Below are positions 40,951 to 51,920 of a stretch of DNA of 64,000 nucleotides, piece by piece. Below the pieces are notes generated by a model. The model was given only the letters and a program-made list of their open reading frames with translations. It did not search any database and had not been told where the DNA came from. The stretch lies in the IMG/VR virus record IMGVR_UViG_3300028805_000071. The stretch is one strand, 5' to 3'. Source of the DNA: an uncultured virus (IMG/VR IMGVR_UViG_3300028805_000071) (taxonomy: Duplodnaviria > Heunggongvirae > Uroviricota > Caudoviricetes). Each line of letters begins with the position of its first letter. Positions within the stretch are counted from its first letter, which is position 1. The position numbers and the translations under genes were made by a program.

Positions 40951-41512
40951 ACGTATTTAATACGCCCCAATTTGACACAAATTTTCCTTCGTCATCAACT
41001 TTTCTACGCTTATATAATCTTTGCATGTGAAATTCTTGTCGATGACATTCAGATAACAAGGTTAATAATTTAGCCAGATGGTTAGCTTGAGAGGTGAACT
41101 TAAAGTCCGAACCACTGTACTTCATACGAACATTCTCGATTGAAGTAACTTGGCGCTGAAGCCAAGCGCACATCATAAGCAAGGCTAAAATATTAATCTC
41201 CTCACTAGTTAAGTCAACGGTAAAATGAGACCGCTCAATAAGAGCTTGAGCTTGCGGATATTCTCCGTCTGAAAGCTCATCCCAAATAATACCAATTACA
41301 AAATCCCCATCCTCGATTTTGTCTTCATCTACTACAAGCGTTTCAAGGACATAATCGCCTATATTTTTTCTAGGAAATTCAAAACCGGGTATTGCGTCTA
41401 TCAATAATTGTCTTAAATCTTTAATAGTCTCTTCTGGAGTTAACTCCATGTACATATCATCTGTTATTTTCCCCAAAAAACGATTGTATACAGCTGTGAA
41501 TGTTGTTCCCAT
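40940..41512 (-). CDS. Putative head-tail connector (190 aa)
   Basis: Position after the capsid genes; DLTSEEINILA...DFKFTSQANHL motif. Confidence 0.6.
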   Translation of the reverse strand: MGTTFTAVYNRFLGKITDDMYMELTPEETIKDLRQLLIDAIPGFEFPRKNIGDYVLETLVVDEDKIEDGDFVIGIIWDELSDGEYPQAQALIERSHFTVDLTSEEINILALLMMCAWLQRQVTSIENVRMKYSGSDFKFTSQANHLAKLLTLLSECHRQEFHMQRLYKRRKVDDEGKFVSNWGVLNTYGD

Positions 41513-41527
41513 CTGTATCGCCCCTTT

Positions 41528-42067
41528 CTACTCCTTTGGTGCGGCTGTAGTAGTTGTTTTTGCTCTACGCTTCTTAACAGGAGGCTTAGGCGCTTCTGCT
41601 TCTTCTGCCTTGTCAGCCTGCTCTAGTTTTATAGCTGCTTCGACATCTAAACCAGTTTTCTCCTTGAGAGCGTGGATTTTATTTAAATCTGTAACTGGAA
41701 GAGAAACACAAAATGTCTTAATTAAATCAACAACTCCAGCAGGAGCAAAATCAAGTGCATCTAAAAATTCATCTTGTGAACCGTTCTTAATTAAATTAAT
41801 TACTTCTTTTTCTCCCCAATTATACTCTAACTCAGGAGCGCCACCATTAACTTCTTCAACGGCTGTAGGGTTATCTAAAATCTGTAAAAAGTTTACGATT
41901 AAAGATTCGCCACCGCGCATATAAGACAGTTTTTCTAACTCGTCCATGCTGATTCTCTTTACCTCTCCTGGATTAAACTCACGTCTTACGCCAAGGTCAG
42001 GTACTTTATAAACGAGACTGCTAGCGCTTCTATTCTTTACTCTTACTAATGTATTTCTATCTATCAT
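41528..42067 (-). CDS. Conserved hypothetical head-region protein (179 aa)
   Basis: RBS AAAGGAG, intact ORF. Confidence 0.7.
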   Translation of the reverse strand: MIDRNTLVRVKNRSASSLVYKVPDLGVRREFNPGEVKRISMDELEKLSYMRGGESLIVNFLQILDNPTAVEEVNGGAPELEYNWGEKEVINLIKNGSQDEFLDALDFAPAGVVDLIKTFCVSLPVTDLNKIHALKEKTGLDVEAAIKLEQADKAEEAEAPKPPVKKRRAKTTTTAAPKE

Positions 42068-42097
42068 TTTTTTAATCTCCTTTTTCTCTAAATAACT

Positions 42098-42137
42098 AAA
42101 AAAGGGGAGCAGGGATTTCCCCCCAAGCTCCCCTTTA
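42098..42137 (-). terminator. Intrinsic terminator after the capsid genes
   Basis: AAAGGGGAGC / GCTCCCCTTT stem plus T tract. Confidence 0.7.
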
Positions 42138-42149
42138 TCCTATTTCATA

Positions 42150-42539
42150 TTAAGCATTTACAAATTCTACTGTAAACTCTTCATCGTTAATAGAAATTGT
42201 CTTTGGTAAATCTTCTGCCTTAGTCCAGAAAATAATATGTCCAGCACCAAGTCCTACAGAAGCAGCTTCATCTACATCATCTTGAGTTAATGTGTAGTTA
42301 GCACCCCATTTAGCACCAACGATTGTCTCAAGTCCAGTATTTAAATCTAAACCAATCCATTTTCCACTACCTTGAGAAGGGTTAGTAGAAGCAAAGCTCT
42401 TTAAGCTGTCCAGGCTACCAGAAATCTTGATGGTTGTACCATCCTGAGCCACTGTCACAGCGTCCTGGTTGAATTGTGAATCAGCCTGATTCACGTCTGC
42501 AGGCGCGGTAGCGAGTTTATTCGCTGTGACGCTCGTTAA
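42150..42539 (-). CDS. -1 frameshift C-terminal extension of the major capsid protein (~129 aa, beta-rich)
   Basis: No RBS before the track GTG. The frame is open back to the slippery heptamer G GGA AAT (42545-42539) just before the capsid TAA. Confidence 0.75.
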   Translation of the reverse strand, partial: LTSVTANKLATAPADVNQADSQFNQDAVTVAQDGTTIKISGSLDSLKSFASTNPSQGSGKWIGLDLNTGLETIVGAKWGANYTLTQDDVDEAASVGLGAGHIIFWTKAEDLPKTISINDEEFTVEFVNA

Positions 42540-43675
42540 TTTCCCGAGCCACCATTGCCGGAATCGCCAGAACCGCTGTTGTCTCCAGAACCGTTGTCAA
42601 CGATAACAACTGTGTTCTGAGCAGTATCCTTGTAATTCCAAACAGTCATATCCTCAAGAGAAGTATCGTGGTATACGCAAATGTTGTTAGTTAACATGCA
42701 AACAACTCCAACTTTCTTGTAAACCTGAATTTCTCTTGACCAGTCTCTGTTGTCTCTCTCAGAAACAAGTGTGCCACCTTCGAAAGCAATCTTAACGGGC
42801 TTTGTATCTCCACCAGCCGGGATAATCCAGCAGTTAGCAGAGTTGATAGCCTTTGTGGTCATTGTTTCATCAGCGAATCCCTGCTTAAGGATAACAACAT
42901 TGTGTCCCTTATATCCAGCAAGTCTTCCAGTTCTATAAAGCTCATCCTTCATAGCTTCGGTGTATCTCCAAGCATCCTGAGGAATCATCTTTACAGCAAA
43001 TTCATATGTGCAATAAATTGTGGGCTCACCATAAGCACTTGCAATGGCAAGTAACTGGTCAAACTTAGCCTCATCAAAATCATTAGCGTTAACCTTGTTA
43101 ACAGCGGGTAACTGATTTAAGGAACTATTAAGAGCTTCACCAACTTCTTTGTAGATAAGCTCATCCATACCTTCCATAACGATAGCAGTAAGTTCAGCGA
43201 AATCTACTCTACCATCGAGGAATTCCTCAAATCCGATTTCAGCAGCTCCGCCGATAGCACTTGTAGGTACTTCGAAGCTTTCAGTAGCCTTACCAAGCTT
43301 GAATACTTCGTATACACCAGCAAGTCCTACTCTGGTAATGAACTGCTTAGCTCTATTTCTTGTGTTTAATTTTCTACGGAAGATTGGCTTGTCTCCCTGA
43401 GCAAATTGCTTAACTTCAGCAAACTGGTTGTAAGCAACTTCTACAACCTGAGGAAGAACTTCGTCTAATGTTTCCTCGATGATGGAGAAAACAAGATTCT
43501 TATTCTCTCTGTAAAGCTGAGGAGTTCCAGCAATTTCATTAAACTCTTGACGAAGAGTTTCATTTAATTCGTCGTAGCTGTAGTCAGTGCCGTTATAGCT
43601 ATAGGCAACAGAAGCACTACGATTAGCGCTAGCGACTTTTTTTGCTAATGCCACTAAATTTTTCTTGTCTAACAT
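42536..43675 (-). CDS. Major capsid protein (379 aa)
   Basis: Size, position after the scaffold and decoration genes, strong RBS, followed by a terminator; no TGA. Confidence 0.8.
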   Translation of the reverse strand: MLDKKNLVALAKKVASANRSASVAYSYNGTDYSYDELNETLRQEFNEIAGTPQLYRENKNLVFSIIEETLDEVLPQVVEVAYNQFAEVKQFAQGDKPIFRRKLNTRNRAKQFITRVGLAGVYEVFKLGKATESFEVPTSAIGGAAEIGFEEFLDGRVDFAELTAIVMEGMDELIYKEVGEALNSSLNQLPAVNKVNANDFDEAKFDQLLAIASAYGEPTIYCTYEFAVKMIPQDAWRYTEAMKDELYRTGRLAGYKGHNVVILKQGFADETMTTKAINSANCWIIPAGGDTKPVKIAFEGGTLVSERDNRDWSREIQVYKKVGVVCMLTNNICVYHDTSLEDMTVWNYKDTAQNTVVIVDNGSGDNSGSGDSGNGGSGN

Positions 43676-43695
43676 CGCGTTCTTCTCCTTTCCTA

Positions 43696-44361
43696 TTATG
43701 CAATACGCATTAACTTAACACCCGGCTGTCCGTCAGGCATTGTATAAACTTTAACTACTTGCCACTTCATATCACCATCAGCCTCTTCAAGAATACCATC
43801 AGCAGCTCTAGGTGAAAGAATCATACCAACTGTAGGCTCTTCTACATCAATTGTATTAGTTGTGAAGATATCGCCAACATTTGTCTTAAATACTCTAGGA
43901 ACCATGCGTGTATTTTCAGGCATGAGCTGCTTTTCAGACGGCATCATATGCCAGAATGGGTCCTCTGTAGAATCTACTTCATAGGGGTCTGCAGGAGTGA
44001 TGATGTCTCTATAATCACGCATTCTGATATCATCCTTCTGAGCTCCACCAGCTGGGCTATAAACTCTAGCCATATAATCTGCTTTTCTCATAGCGAAATC
44101 AGCGTCGCCTAAGAAATCACGATATAATTTAATTTCATTGAATACTAACATCCATTCGCCAGTATTTTCTTGTTCAAAGTCAACTAAACCTTTAGCATAG
44201 TCATACTTTACAAACTGACCGTTTTGCAGCATTTCGATGTCAGGGTCAGCAGGCAGCTGAGCATAAATTTGACCTGTTCTCTGAGCAGAAAGGTGGTTAG
44301 GCTCAACCTGGCCATAGCCGTACTTAACAAACTTTAAGCCGCTTAAATTTTCCTTAGCCAT
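43696..44361 (-). CDS. Putative capsid decoration / structural protein (221 aa)
   Basis: YGQVEPNHLS...YTMPDGQPGVK; lies between scaffold and major capsid gene as in SPbeta-like order. Confidence 0.6.
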   Translation of the reverse strand: MAKENLSGLKFVKYGYGQVEPNHLSAQRTGQIYAQLPADPDIEMLQNGQFVKYDYAKGLVDFEQENTGEWMLVFNEIKLYRDFLGDADFAMRKADYMARVYSPAGGAQKDDIRMRDYRDIITPADPYEVDSTEDPFWHMMPSEKQLMPENTRMVPRVFKTNVGDIFTTNTIDVEEPTVGMILSPRAADGILEEADGDMKWQVVKVYTMPDGQPGVKLMRIA

Positions 44362-44377
44362 TTGTTATATATCCTCC

Positions 44378-45685
44378 TTAATTTTTCTTACTTTTCGCAA
44401 CAGCGTCTACCGCTTTAACCCAATCAGGTACTAGAGCATTAGATGATGTATCTTCCCCGCCCAAATTATACATAATCGGGTCAGTATCCGCATTCTCATC
44501 TTTATCCAGGTCAAAGCTTATTTTGTTACGAACACAAATTATTGAAAGCTTAGCTTCGATATCATCGAGTGAATATGTATCAATATTCTCGATAACATCT
44601 TTCTTATCCTCATCTGAAAGCATATAAAAGCGGTCAATCATGGCCTGCTTTTCCTGTTTTTCTACACCCTGCTTGAAGGCATATAATTCATCAAAGGATG
44701 TCTGTAATGAGTCGAACTTTTCCTGCAGTGCATTATAATCAGCCTCTAATGCGCTGTACTTGTCATTCAGCTCTATATACTCTTGAATTTCTTCAAGATT
44801 ATATTCAATTGGTTTGTCCTCTTCCGGAGCATCTTCTTCTGCGGGTTCCTCTTCAGATTCTTCTTCTTTTTCTTCCTCTTCAGGTTCTTCCTCAACAGGT
44901 TCATCTTCAAGAATTTCCTCTTCTTCTTCGATAGGCTCTTCTTGTGGCTCTTCTGTAGGCTCAAGTTCTTCTTCAACAGAAGTAACTTCTAAATCTTTAT
45001 TATCTTCCACAGATTTTCCTCCTTCACTATTAATTCTATTTACCTGTTCAATTAGTGCAAATAATTTATTTTTAAAATCTTCATCAAATGAAAATTGAAC
45101 CTTAGTAATTTGAGCACCTTCAAAGCAAGGCTCTACATCTTCGCCTAAAATGCACAATTTTGAGATAATAGCTTCATTAATAATAAAAAATTCGTAAAAA
45201 TTATTATCATCTTCTGTCCAAGTTCCTTTTAAAGAATTTGCATCTAATTCCATTGATTGATTGTTTCCTCTTTCGAGGATTCTCTGTGCCTCTGGATATT
45301 GTCCAGTCCAGAGATACCCCTCAGTCATTAAATATTCATGCTCAACGCCGTCGTCCAGGAATTTCTGAAACCAAGCCTTTGCACCTAAATCTACAAACCC
45401 ATATGGCTTTGTTGTATCAATTACATCAAACTTACCATTAGAGATATCAATAATTCTATTATGTTCTTCAAAATCATCCGTCTCTTTATTAAAGAAGCCA
45501 ACGATAGGCGAACCGGGTAAACTGTTCGCCATCTCTTTCGCTACTTCTTTAGTAATAACGCTACCGTTTCTATTAGGCTCTTCGCCAACATAACAAACTT
45601 TAATTTGACATTTACTAATTAAAGGGTTAATAGGTTGTAAATTTATTAATTCACAAGGAGTGTTTAATTTAATACTTGTATGCAT
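44378..45685 (-). CDS. Prohead protease/scaffold protein (435 aa)
   Basis: NRNGS, QSMEL and LCILGEDVEPCFE motifs, then an acidic linker and coiled coil. Confidence 0.75.
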   Translation of the reverse strand: MHTSIKLNTPCELINLQPINPLISKCQIKVCYVGEEPNRNGSVITKEVAKEMANSLPGSPIVGFFNKETDDFEEHNRIIDISNGKFDVIDTTKPYGFVDLGAKAWFQKFLDDGVEHEYLMTEGYLWTGQYPEAQRILERGNNQSMELDANSLKGTWTEDDNNFYEFFIINEAIISKLCILGEDVEPCFEGAQITKVQFSFDEDFKNKLFALIEQVNRINSEGGKSVEDNKDLEVTSVEEELEPTEEPQEEPIEEEEEILEDEPVEEEPEEEEKEEESEEEPAEEDAPEEDKPIEYNLEEIQEYIELNDKYSALEADYNALQEKFDSLQTSFDELYAFKQGVEKQEKQAMIDRFYMLSDEDKKDVIENIDTYSLDDIEAKLSIICVRNKISFDLDKDENADTDPIMYNLGGEDTSSNALVPDWVKAVDAVAKSKKN

Positions 45686-45696
45686 AAATCGCCCTC

Positions 45697-47313
45697 CTAA
45701 TTCTTTGACTCTTCATTAGCCAGAGTTTTATCGCTCTTTTCTGATTGCTCCTTCTCAGGGCGACCAGCAGAGTTCCCCTCTACATTACCTTCAGTTTTAC
45801 CACTAGAAGATTGAGACTTGTTGCCCAAAACATCTGTGCTGGACATAGTAGATGACATAAGAGGTGGAATCATAATCTCACTCAGATGAAGCATATTGTT
45901 TTCAAAGAATGCAGTGTTGATAATATCGCTTTGTGAATGTCCAAGAGCGATTTGCGGTAACATTTTAGAATATCCAATTTGTACTTGCTCTTTGTACATC
46001 TTTGATAATTCTTTATAATTATATTGTGTTGTTTCTAACATATATAATCTAAAGTTAAATTTTTTAGCATACTTTGGTTCAAGATACTCTTGAGTAAGTT
46101 TATCAAAGAAAATTCTAAACTGTAATAATAAATGGCGCATTGAACCTTCATCAGATAATACAGATTTTTCTAACGCAAGATTTCCATCTGTATTGAATAA
46201 GTTCTTTGAAACACCTAATGCATTATATACAGTTCTTTCAACTCTTTCTAATTGGTCATTTGCTTCACTAGCATTTGTATCACTAATATCGATAGATTCT
46301 ACATCTGCAAAAGTAGTTAATACATCTACACCAATAGCACGACTTAACATCATAACCGCATTATTATGAATATCTGCGGCTTCATCAACGTCAAAAATTA
46401 AATCTCCATTTTTATCTCTTGGTAATTTTTGAACTAAAATTTTCATTAACTGTTGTAATTGTTTACGACGGTCAATGTCTTGAGCATCATCTAAATCTAA
46501 AATATTAGGGATGGCGTTTACGAACAATGGTAAATCGTCGTCTCCTCCCATGTCATGCAGAGAGAATTTAATTACAGAACCTGGTTCTAATAAATACCAA
46601 CTACCATATTGAACGCCCCACTCGTCTCTTGGTAATTTACCTTCTTTATATAACATATACCCCTTTGCAAATTCGGGCGGGAACATTTTTAAAACTCTCA
46701 TACGATAAGCAGGGTCGGCAAATTCAGCATCAAATCATTGCATATTAAATTCAACAGCTGGTAAATTACCTACATAATATCTTACTCGACAATAATCAAT
46801 AGGTAATTTTTGCACTAAAAATCCATGATTGCCTTCAAATACATAACCATAATAACATCCGTCTAATATTACATCACGAGAAATCTTATTACATAAATTC
46901 TTTAAATATGAACTGTCTAAATAATTTAACACACGATTAAATTGTTCAATAAGTTTTTCCTCTTTTACCTTTTGGTCATATACCTCTGGCACAATGTACC
47001 AATCCCACCTATACATATTAGCATAATAATCACATACCTTTTGATAAATTCCGTTAACTCTATAAAAATATCTTGAAATTTTTCTTAAAGTAGGTAAATC
47101 TTTTCTTGCTAATGCTCTTAATATAAAATGTTTATCGGCATACATGCGCTCTGGGCCATTAATATATCGATAATAATTACCTAATTGTATTGTCGCATCT
47201 TGTACTGTTTTTACGCCGATTTTAACTTTATTATACTCGGTTGGGAGGGGGCCATCAACTAAATTAAAACCTTTTTCATGGATGGTTTCTTGCTTTGTTT
47301 TTTCTTCGTCCAT
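45697..47313 (-). CDS. Portal protein (538 aa, one TGA=Trp)
   Basis: Track ORFs join via TGA at 46735; lies between terminase and protease; C-terminal PPLMSSTMS...GRP. Confidence 0.8.
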
Positions 47314-47329
47314 CAATTAACCTCCTCAT

Positions 47330-47692
47330 TTAATTATTTCCATAAGCCTTTTGGATAATATAATCATAGGAAATTAAATTATCGTCCCAGTATGGAATTT
47401 CAACTAATGTAATACCGTGCAATGCACAAAATCTTCTTTTCTTATTATCATTAAATTGTTGTTGATACAGGGCTTTTTTACCGCCAAATTTTGTACTTGC
47501 CTCATAATGCTGACGACCTTGATATTCTATTAAAAAATCAATGCGGCCATCGTCATCAAATACGGCAAAGTCAAATCTTAACGGTTTACCATTGCTGGAG
47601 TTTAACCCCTCAAATACATACTCTTCTTTAAAGACTAAATTGGCATCGCGCAAAATCTCTTCAATTAAAATTTCTCCTCTACTAGCTCTCAT
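47330..47692 (-). CDS. PD-(D/E)XK-type endonuclease-like protein (120 aa)
   Basis: SRGE...LRFDFAV...LIEYQGRQHY...D..KR..C....I.LVEIPYW. Confidence 0.7.
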   Translation of the reverse strand: MRASRGEILIEEILRDANLVFKEEYVFEGLNSSNGKPLRFDFAVFDDDGRIDFLIEYQGRQHYEASTKFGGKKALYQQQFNDNKKRRFCALHGITLVEIPYWDDNLISYDYIIQKAYGNN

Positions 47693-47701
47693 TTCATCCC
47701 C

Positions 47702-49429
47702 CTAATTCATAAACATCCAATCTTTTGCATTAAACCGCTTATGTTTTCTATTCTCTTCTTCATGTTTAATATAATATAAACCATATTCCAACGCAGAGAA
47801 TTTATCTTTTCGTATTTTCTTATTTGCCTGTTTTAAATTAATATTTAATCCTTCATTTTCTTCACGCAAATTCAACATTTCTTCTTTTAAAATCGATGTA
47901 AGAGTAAATGGGCGTAAATATTCAGCTCTTTCTTCGGGCGTCATATTCTGGCCCACCTTTGTTCCTAATAATTTATTCTTTGCGTCTTTCTCATCAATTA
48001 AAAATTTAATTTTTCCAGCGTTTAATCTTGCTTGTACATTACTATGAGCGTCGCTGTTGATTGGTGCATTCGCTTTAATAATATATACAGCCTCTTGTTC
48101 AGTCTTTTTTGTCTTATATTTATGATAAGAACCATCATTATCATTATAAATACCAAAATCAGGATATATATCCCCGGTAATAGGGTCTTCTTGCGACATA
48201 ACCATCTCATCAATAAGACCAATACCAAGTCCATTACCATCTATAACCAATCTTCTTGCCTTATATTTATAATATAACTGCTTTAATTTAATCGCTTGAT
48301 ATTTAAAATGCTCATCAGATAGTGTATAAATATTTACAACCGACGCAATTGAGTCTCCCATCGTTTGTGGATTTACTTTGAATACTATAGCAACTGAATC
48401 GCAGTCTTTACGACCAACGTCGACGCCAATAACATAATAACTTTGCGACCCACTGCGTTTAGAATACTCATATTCTGGCTTTTGGAGCTCGCGATTTCGG
48501 TCAAAAGCTTCTGCGCGGAAGAATGCGTCTTCGCTAGAGCCCGACCATTCAGATTCATACTCTCTAGAAAAGGCGGCGTCATTGAAAGAGCCGTCATTTT
48601 TAAGGTCTTGAATGAAATTTTTGCTTTGTAGACCCGTTAAAACAGGAATTCTTCAAGTTCCGCCCATTACAAAAGCTTTATCTGGCTCTGTAACCATCCA
48701 AACTAGGAATTGAATGAGTTTATCATAACTAAAAGTGCCTTTTCAGCCAGCTGTGGTTACAAAAATTTGCGATTTATTTAATGTTTCATCATCGTGACGA
48801 GTTCCATCCATCGCTAAACGTGATACGTTCATAGTTGGTAAGATAACTGTAGATAAAATATCGCCATCTACGCCGACACACTCTTCAATTAAGCCTCCGT
48901 GGAAACGCTTACCACGAGAACGCTCACTTGCGGCAACGTTTGTAAGCATCGAACCGCCCTTAAACATATAAATAACAGTATCTTTAGACTCACGTGTGCG
49001 TCCAGGACGTCTATCTAGCTCATTTTCAAAGGCTGGAATTAATGAACAAATTTCATTAACCTTATCTTTTGCGATACCAGCGGCCTGCTCTTTACCTCCA
49101 GAAGTAATAAACAGCTTACTACGGGGGTATAAAATACAACGGCACATTAAAATCATAATAGATAAGAATGATTTTGAATAGGCTCGAGGGAAAACCCCGT
49201 AGACATACTTATAACGCATGGCCACTCGCAAGAAAATTCGTTGATAAAAATAAAAATGGAAGTTCTGCGGGTTGCCTTGCTCAAGCATAAAGTCTACAAA
49301 TAAATCAGGGTATTCCCGCCAAAACGCAATATATTGACGAATGGCGGGTTTAACCGCTTCAATACGTTCTGGGGAAATACCTATTTTCTTTCGTTTCGTC
49401 GATAAATCTAATAAATCTTGCAGAGCCAT
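47702..49429 (-). CDS. terL: Terminase large subunit (575 aa, two TGA=Trp)
   Basis: Walker A-like FPRAYSKS, Walker B GGLIEE, motif III VTTAG[W]K (TGA 48743), GGT[W]RIP (TGA 48653), nuclease GVDVGR, IDGNGLG and KDKFSA. Confidence 0.9.
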
Positions 49430-50665
49430 TTAAAACACCTCCCCGGTGTCTAATAGCTTCTTTAAATATTCATCGTCAGCAGCTTCTTGCTCTTCTTCAA
49501 AGTCATTAAATTCATTATAATCTTCTTCAGTAATAAATTCAGTGGAGTCCTCGGCAAAGATTTTTTCCTCAAACTCTTCATCGCTGCCCCAAACCTCATC
49601 TTCAGACACATCTTCTTCTTCAGCAGCTTTCTGTTTATCAGCATTAATATCTTGAACAGCTTTTTCAATTAAAGCGCCAAGGTGCGGGTCTTCAGAAATT
49701 AAACGACGAGTATAATTTTGTAAATCTTCTAATACTCTATCCGCCTTATCCTGCGGTCCATCAGTGTAATAACGAGGAATAAAGCCATCTTGTTCGCAAA
49801 TCATAACCAATTCAGAAACAGCATTTGCGTAATCACCATTTTCTGCTTTATTTTGCGCAGCGGTAAACTTGCCCGAACGCATTAATGCGTCATATACTTT
49901 ACTAACCTTTTGGAATCCATCAACATCACCGATATCCAAAAGCTGGTCCATCTTTAAAGAGGCTTTACAAATCTTCTTTAAAGTATCAATATGGCCAGCA
50001 GCTTGAATATCATATGACTCCATCATGTCATTATAAAGCTGTTCCATTTTAACCCATTCTTCGGGTTTATAAAGAGCACCCCATTTTAAACGTAAATAGG
50101 TAACATCTTCATCAGTTAATCCTAAATCATCGGCAGAAGCCTCAGGAAGTTGAGACCAGCGCTCAACGGCATTCCCTGTTTCTTCTTCATCTTCTTCTGG
50201 CTCTTCATCAGGACGAGGCGGCATTTGAGTTCTGCCTTGTTCAATAGCAAGAGCTATGTCAGCAGCGTCGTATCCTTGGCGACGCATCGTGTCTTTAATT
50301 TTCGCATCCGCTAATTCTTGTAAAAATTCTGTATCTTTCCAACGAAAATCTTTATATTGTTTAATTCTCATAGTGGAAATATACCGACCCAAGATAGTTT
50401 TACCGGAAACGTCTCTGCGATTGCGTCCGTATCGACTTAATAATTTATTTCATTGTTCTGGTATATATGGAATATCAAGTTCCTCTAAAACTGGTTTATA
50501 AGTTTCAGGGTCCCAGTTATCGATATGCATCGTAAGACAGTTCTTACATACATTCATAATTCCATCTTCTGGGTATTTTTCAAGATTATTAGAGCGATAG
50601 AAATTATCGGCACTCATTGTTCGATGACATTTGTCGCAATAGTACAATTTTTCATCTAAACCCAT
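49430..50665 (-). CDS. Zn-finger protein, putative terminase small subunit (411 aa, one TGA=Trp)
   Basis: CDKC...CKNC N-terminus, LDIPYIPEQ[W] (TGA 50450); abuts terL. Confidence 0.65.
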
Positions 50666-50717
50666 ATTTTCGCTCCTTTCTTTTTTTTATAAAAAAAGAG
50701 GTTTTTCACCTCTTTTT

Positions 50718-50763
50718 CTATATATTTTGGCTTTTTTTATATGTTTATTGATGTTTTTTGTCC
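50718..50763 (-). promoter_or_regulatory. Degenerate copy of the late promoter motif
   Basis: GGACAAAAAAC...ATATAG, one nt shorter, upstream of the packaging/head operon. Confidence 0.35.
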
Positions 50764-51798
50764 ATTTCTGCAATTTTTACAAATAGAATAAAATCCGTCT
50801 TTACTTGTATTGTTTTTACTGAAGTAACGTGAGTGCGCCAATTTCACTTTACCGCAACGACTGCAGCGTTTATATTTGCCTTTTTCTTTAAAAGTATAAT
50901 ACCAATTAAGAAAATATTCTTGCGATAAGTCTGAAATTAAATTAGGAATTTTCTTGCGCCATAATGAAGAAATATATTCTAAGGAGTGGGTTGTTCCAAA
51001 TTCTTCGTCTAAAACTTCTTGAATGGCTTGATTAGAGAGTCCATCAATTTTTAATTCAGTAATACGTAAAAGTAAAGGATGCGATTGAAGAGCGGCCCAA
51101 GAAATTGTATCAAAATCTTGCATGATACACCATAAATCACTTGTGGGGTGTTCTCACGCATTTTGCTTTAAATTAGAATAATTGCATAAGATACCAGAGC
51201 AACATCTAGGGTCACATAAACTAATCCCGCTCCAGCGCACGGTCCCATCGGCTTCAACCCATTCTTCACTTTCCAGCTTTACTGTGCTGGGAAGGGAGTA
51301 GTGAATTGAATGGGCATGAATTAAATACTCGCTTTTAATTTGATATTGTTGTTTACGAAAGTCAATTAATGCTTTCTTGGCGAGATACTTATTACGACCG
51401 GTCGCAGTTGCAGAAATCTTTTTCCATGCTTCAATGGCTTCTTGCACCTCCCGCATTCCCGGGAGGGTATCAATATCATGCTGTGTAATTTTTTGTTTTG
51501 GTTGGAAAAGGATGTGCTTATTATCATTTTTAATTGCATAAATACCATCTTCGCCATTCTCGAATTTATCAGCTAATGCTTGATAAGATGTTTCGCGTTT
51601 GTTGATGGTTACCATGCGGTTTTCTGTCAGGATTTTTTTCTGTTTGCGTTCTTCCTTTTCCATGCAGAAAATTAGATAGTCAGCTAACACTTCAAGGTCA
51701 TCATTAGTAAGGTCAGGATTCTCAGCGACAATTTGTTCTACATACTCCTTGCGCGCTAAAGAACTTTCTAATGTGTAATCCAATTTTACTGTTATCAT
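50737..51798 (-). CDS. Putative transcription regulator with sigma-region-4-like HTH and C-terminal Zn finger (353 aa, one TGA=Trp)
   Basis: Join via TGA at 51154; LKIDGLSNQAIQEVL...SLEYISSLW HTH-like; CSRC...CKNC. Confidence 0.6.
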
Positions 51799-51818
51799 TC
51801 AACTACCTCCATAGTAGC

Positions 51819-51883
51819 ATTATAGCAAAAAATATTATGTAAAGCAAAAAAATATTGACAAAATTATAAAAATTTGATATAAT
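51819..51883. promoter_or_regulatory. Divergent sigmaA promoter pair
   Basis: Plus: TTGACA(51855)-17-TATAAT(51878). Minus: TTGCTT(51847)-17-TATAAT(51824), with extended -10 TG. Confidence 0.85.
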
Positions 51884-51920
51884 TTATATATAAAAAATAT
51901 ATTGGGATAAAAATAAAATT

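Noticed and set aside
3260..50501. Short plus-strand and off-frame ORFs overlapping the structural genes
   Set aside because: Shadow ORFs without RBS lying over well-supported minus-strand genes.
9737..51798. Degraded prophage with many nonsense mutations
   Set aside because: All interruptions are TGA, in frame, and several fall at Trp-conserved positions; random decay would also give TAA, TAG and frameshifts.
9737..51798. TGA as Gly (code 25) or selenocysteine
   Set aside because: The internal repeat and Hint motif align TGA with Trp, and the paralogue pair aligns it with an aromatic residue; there is no Cys-like context.
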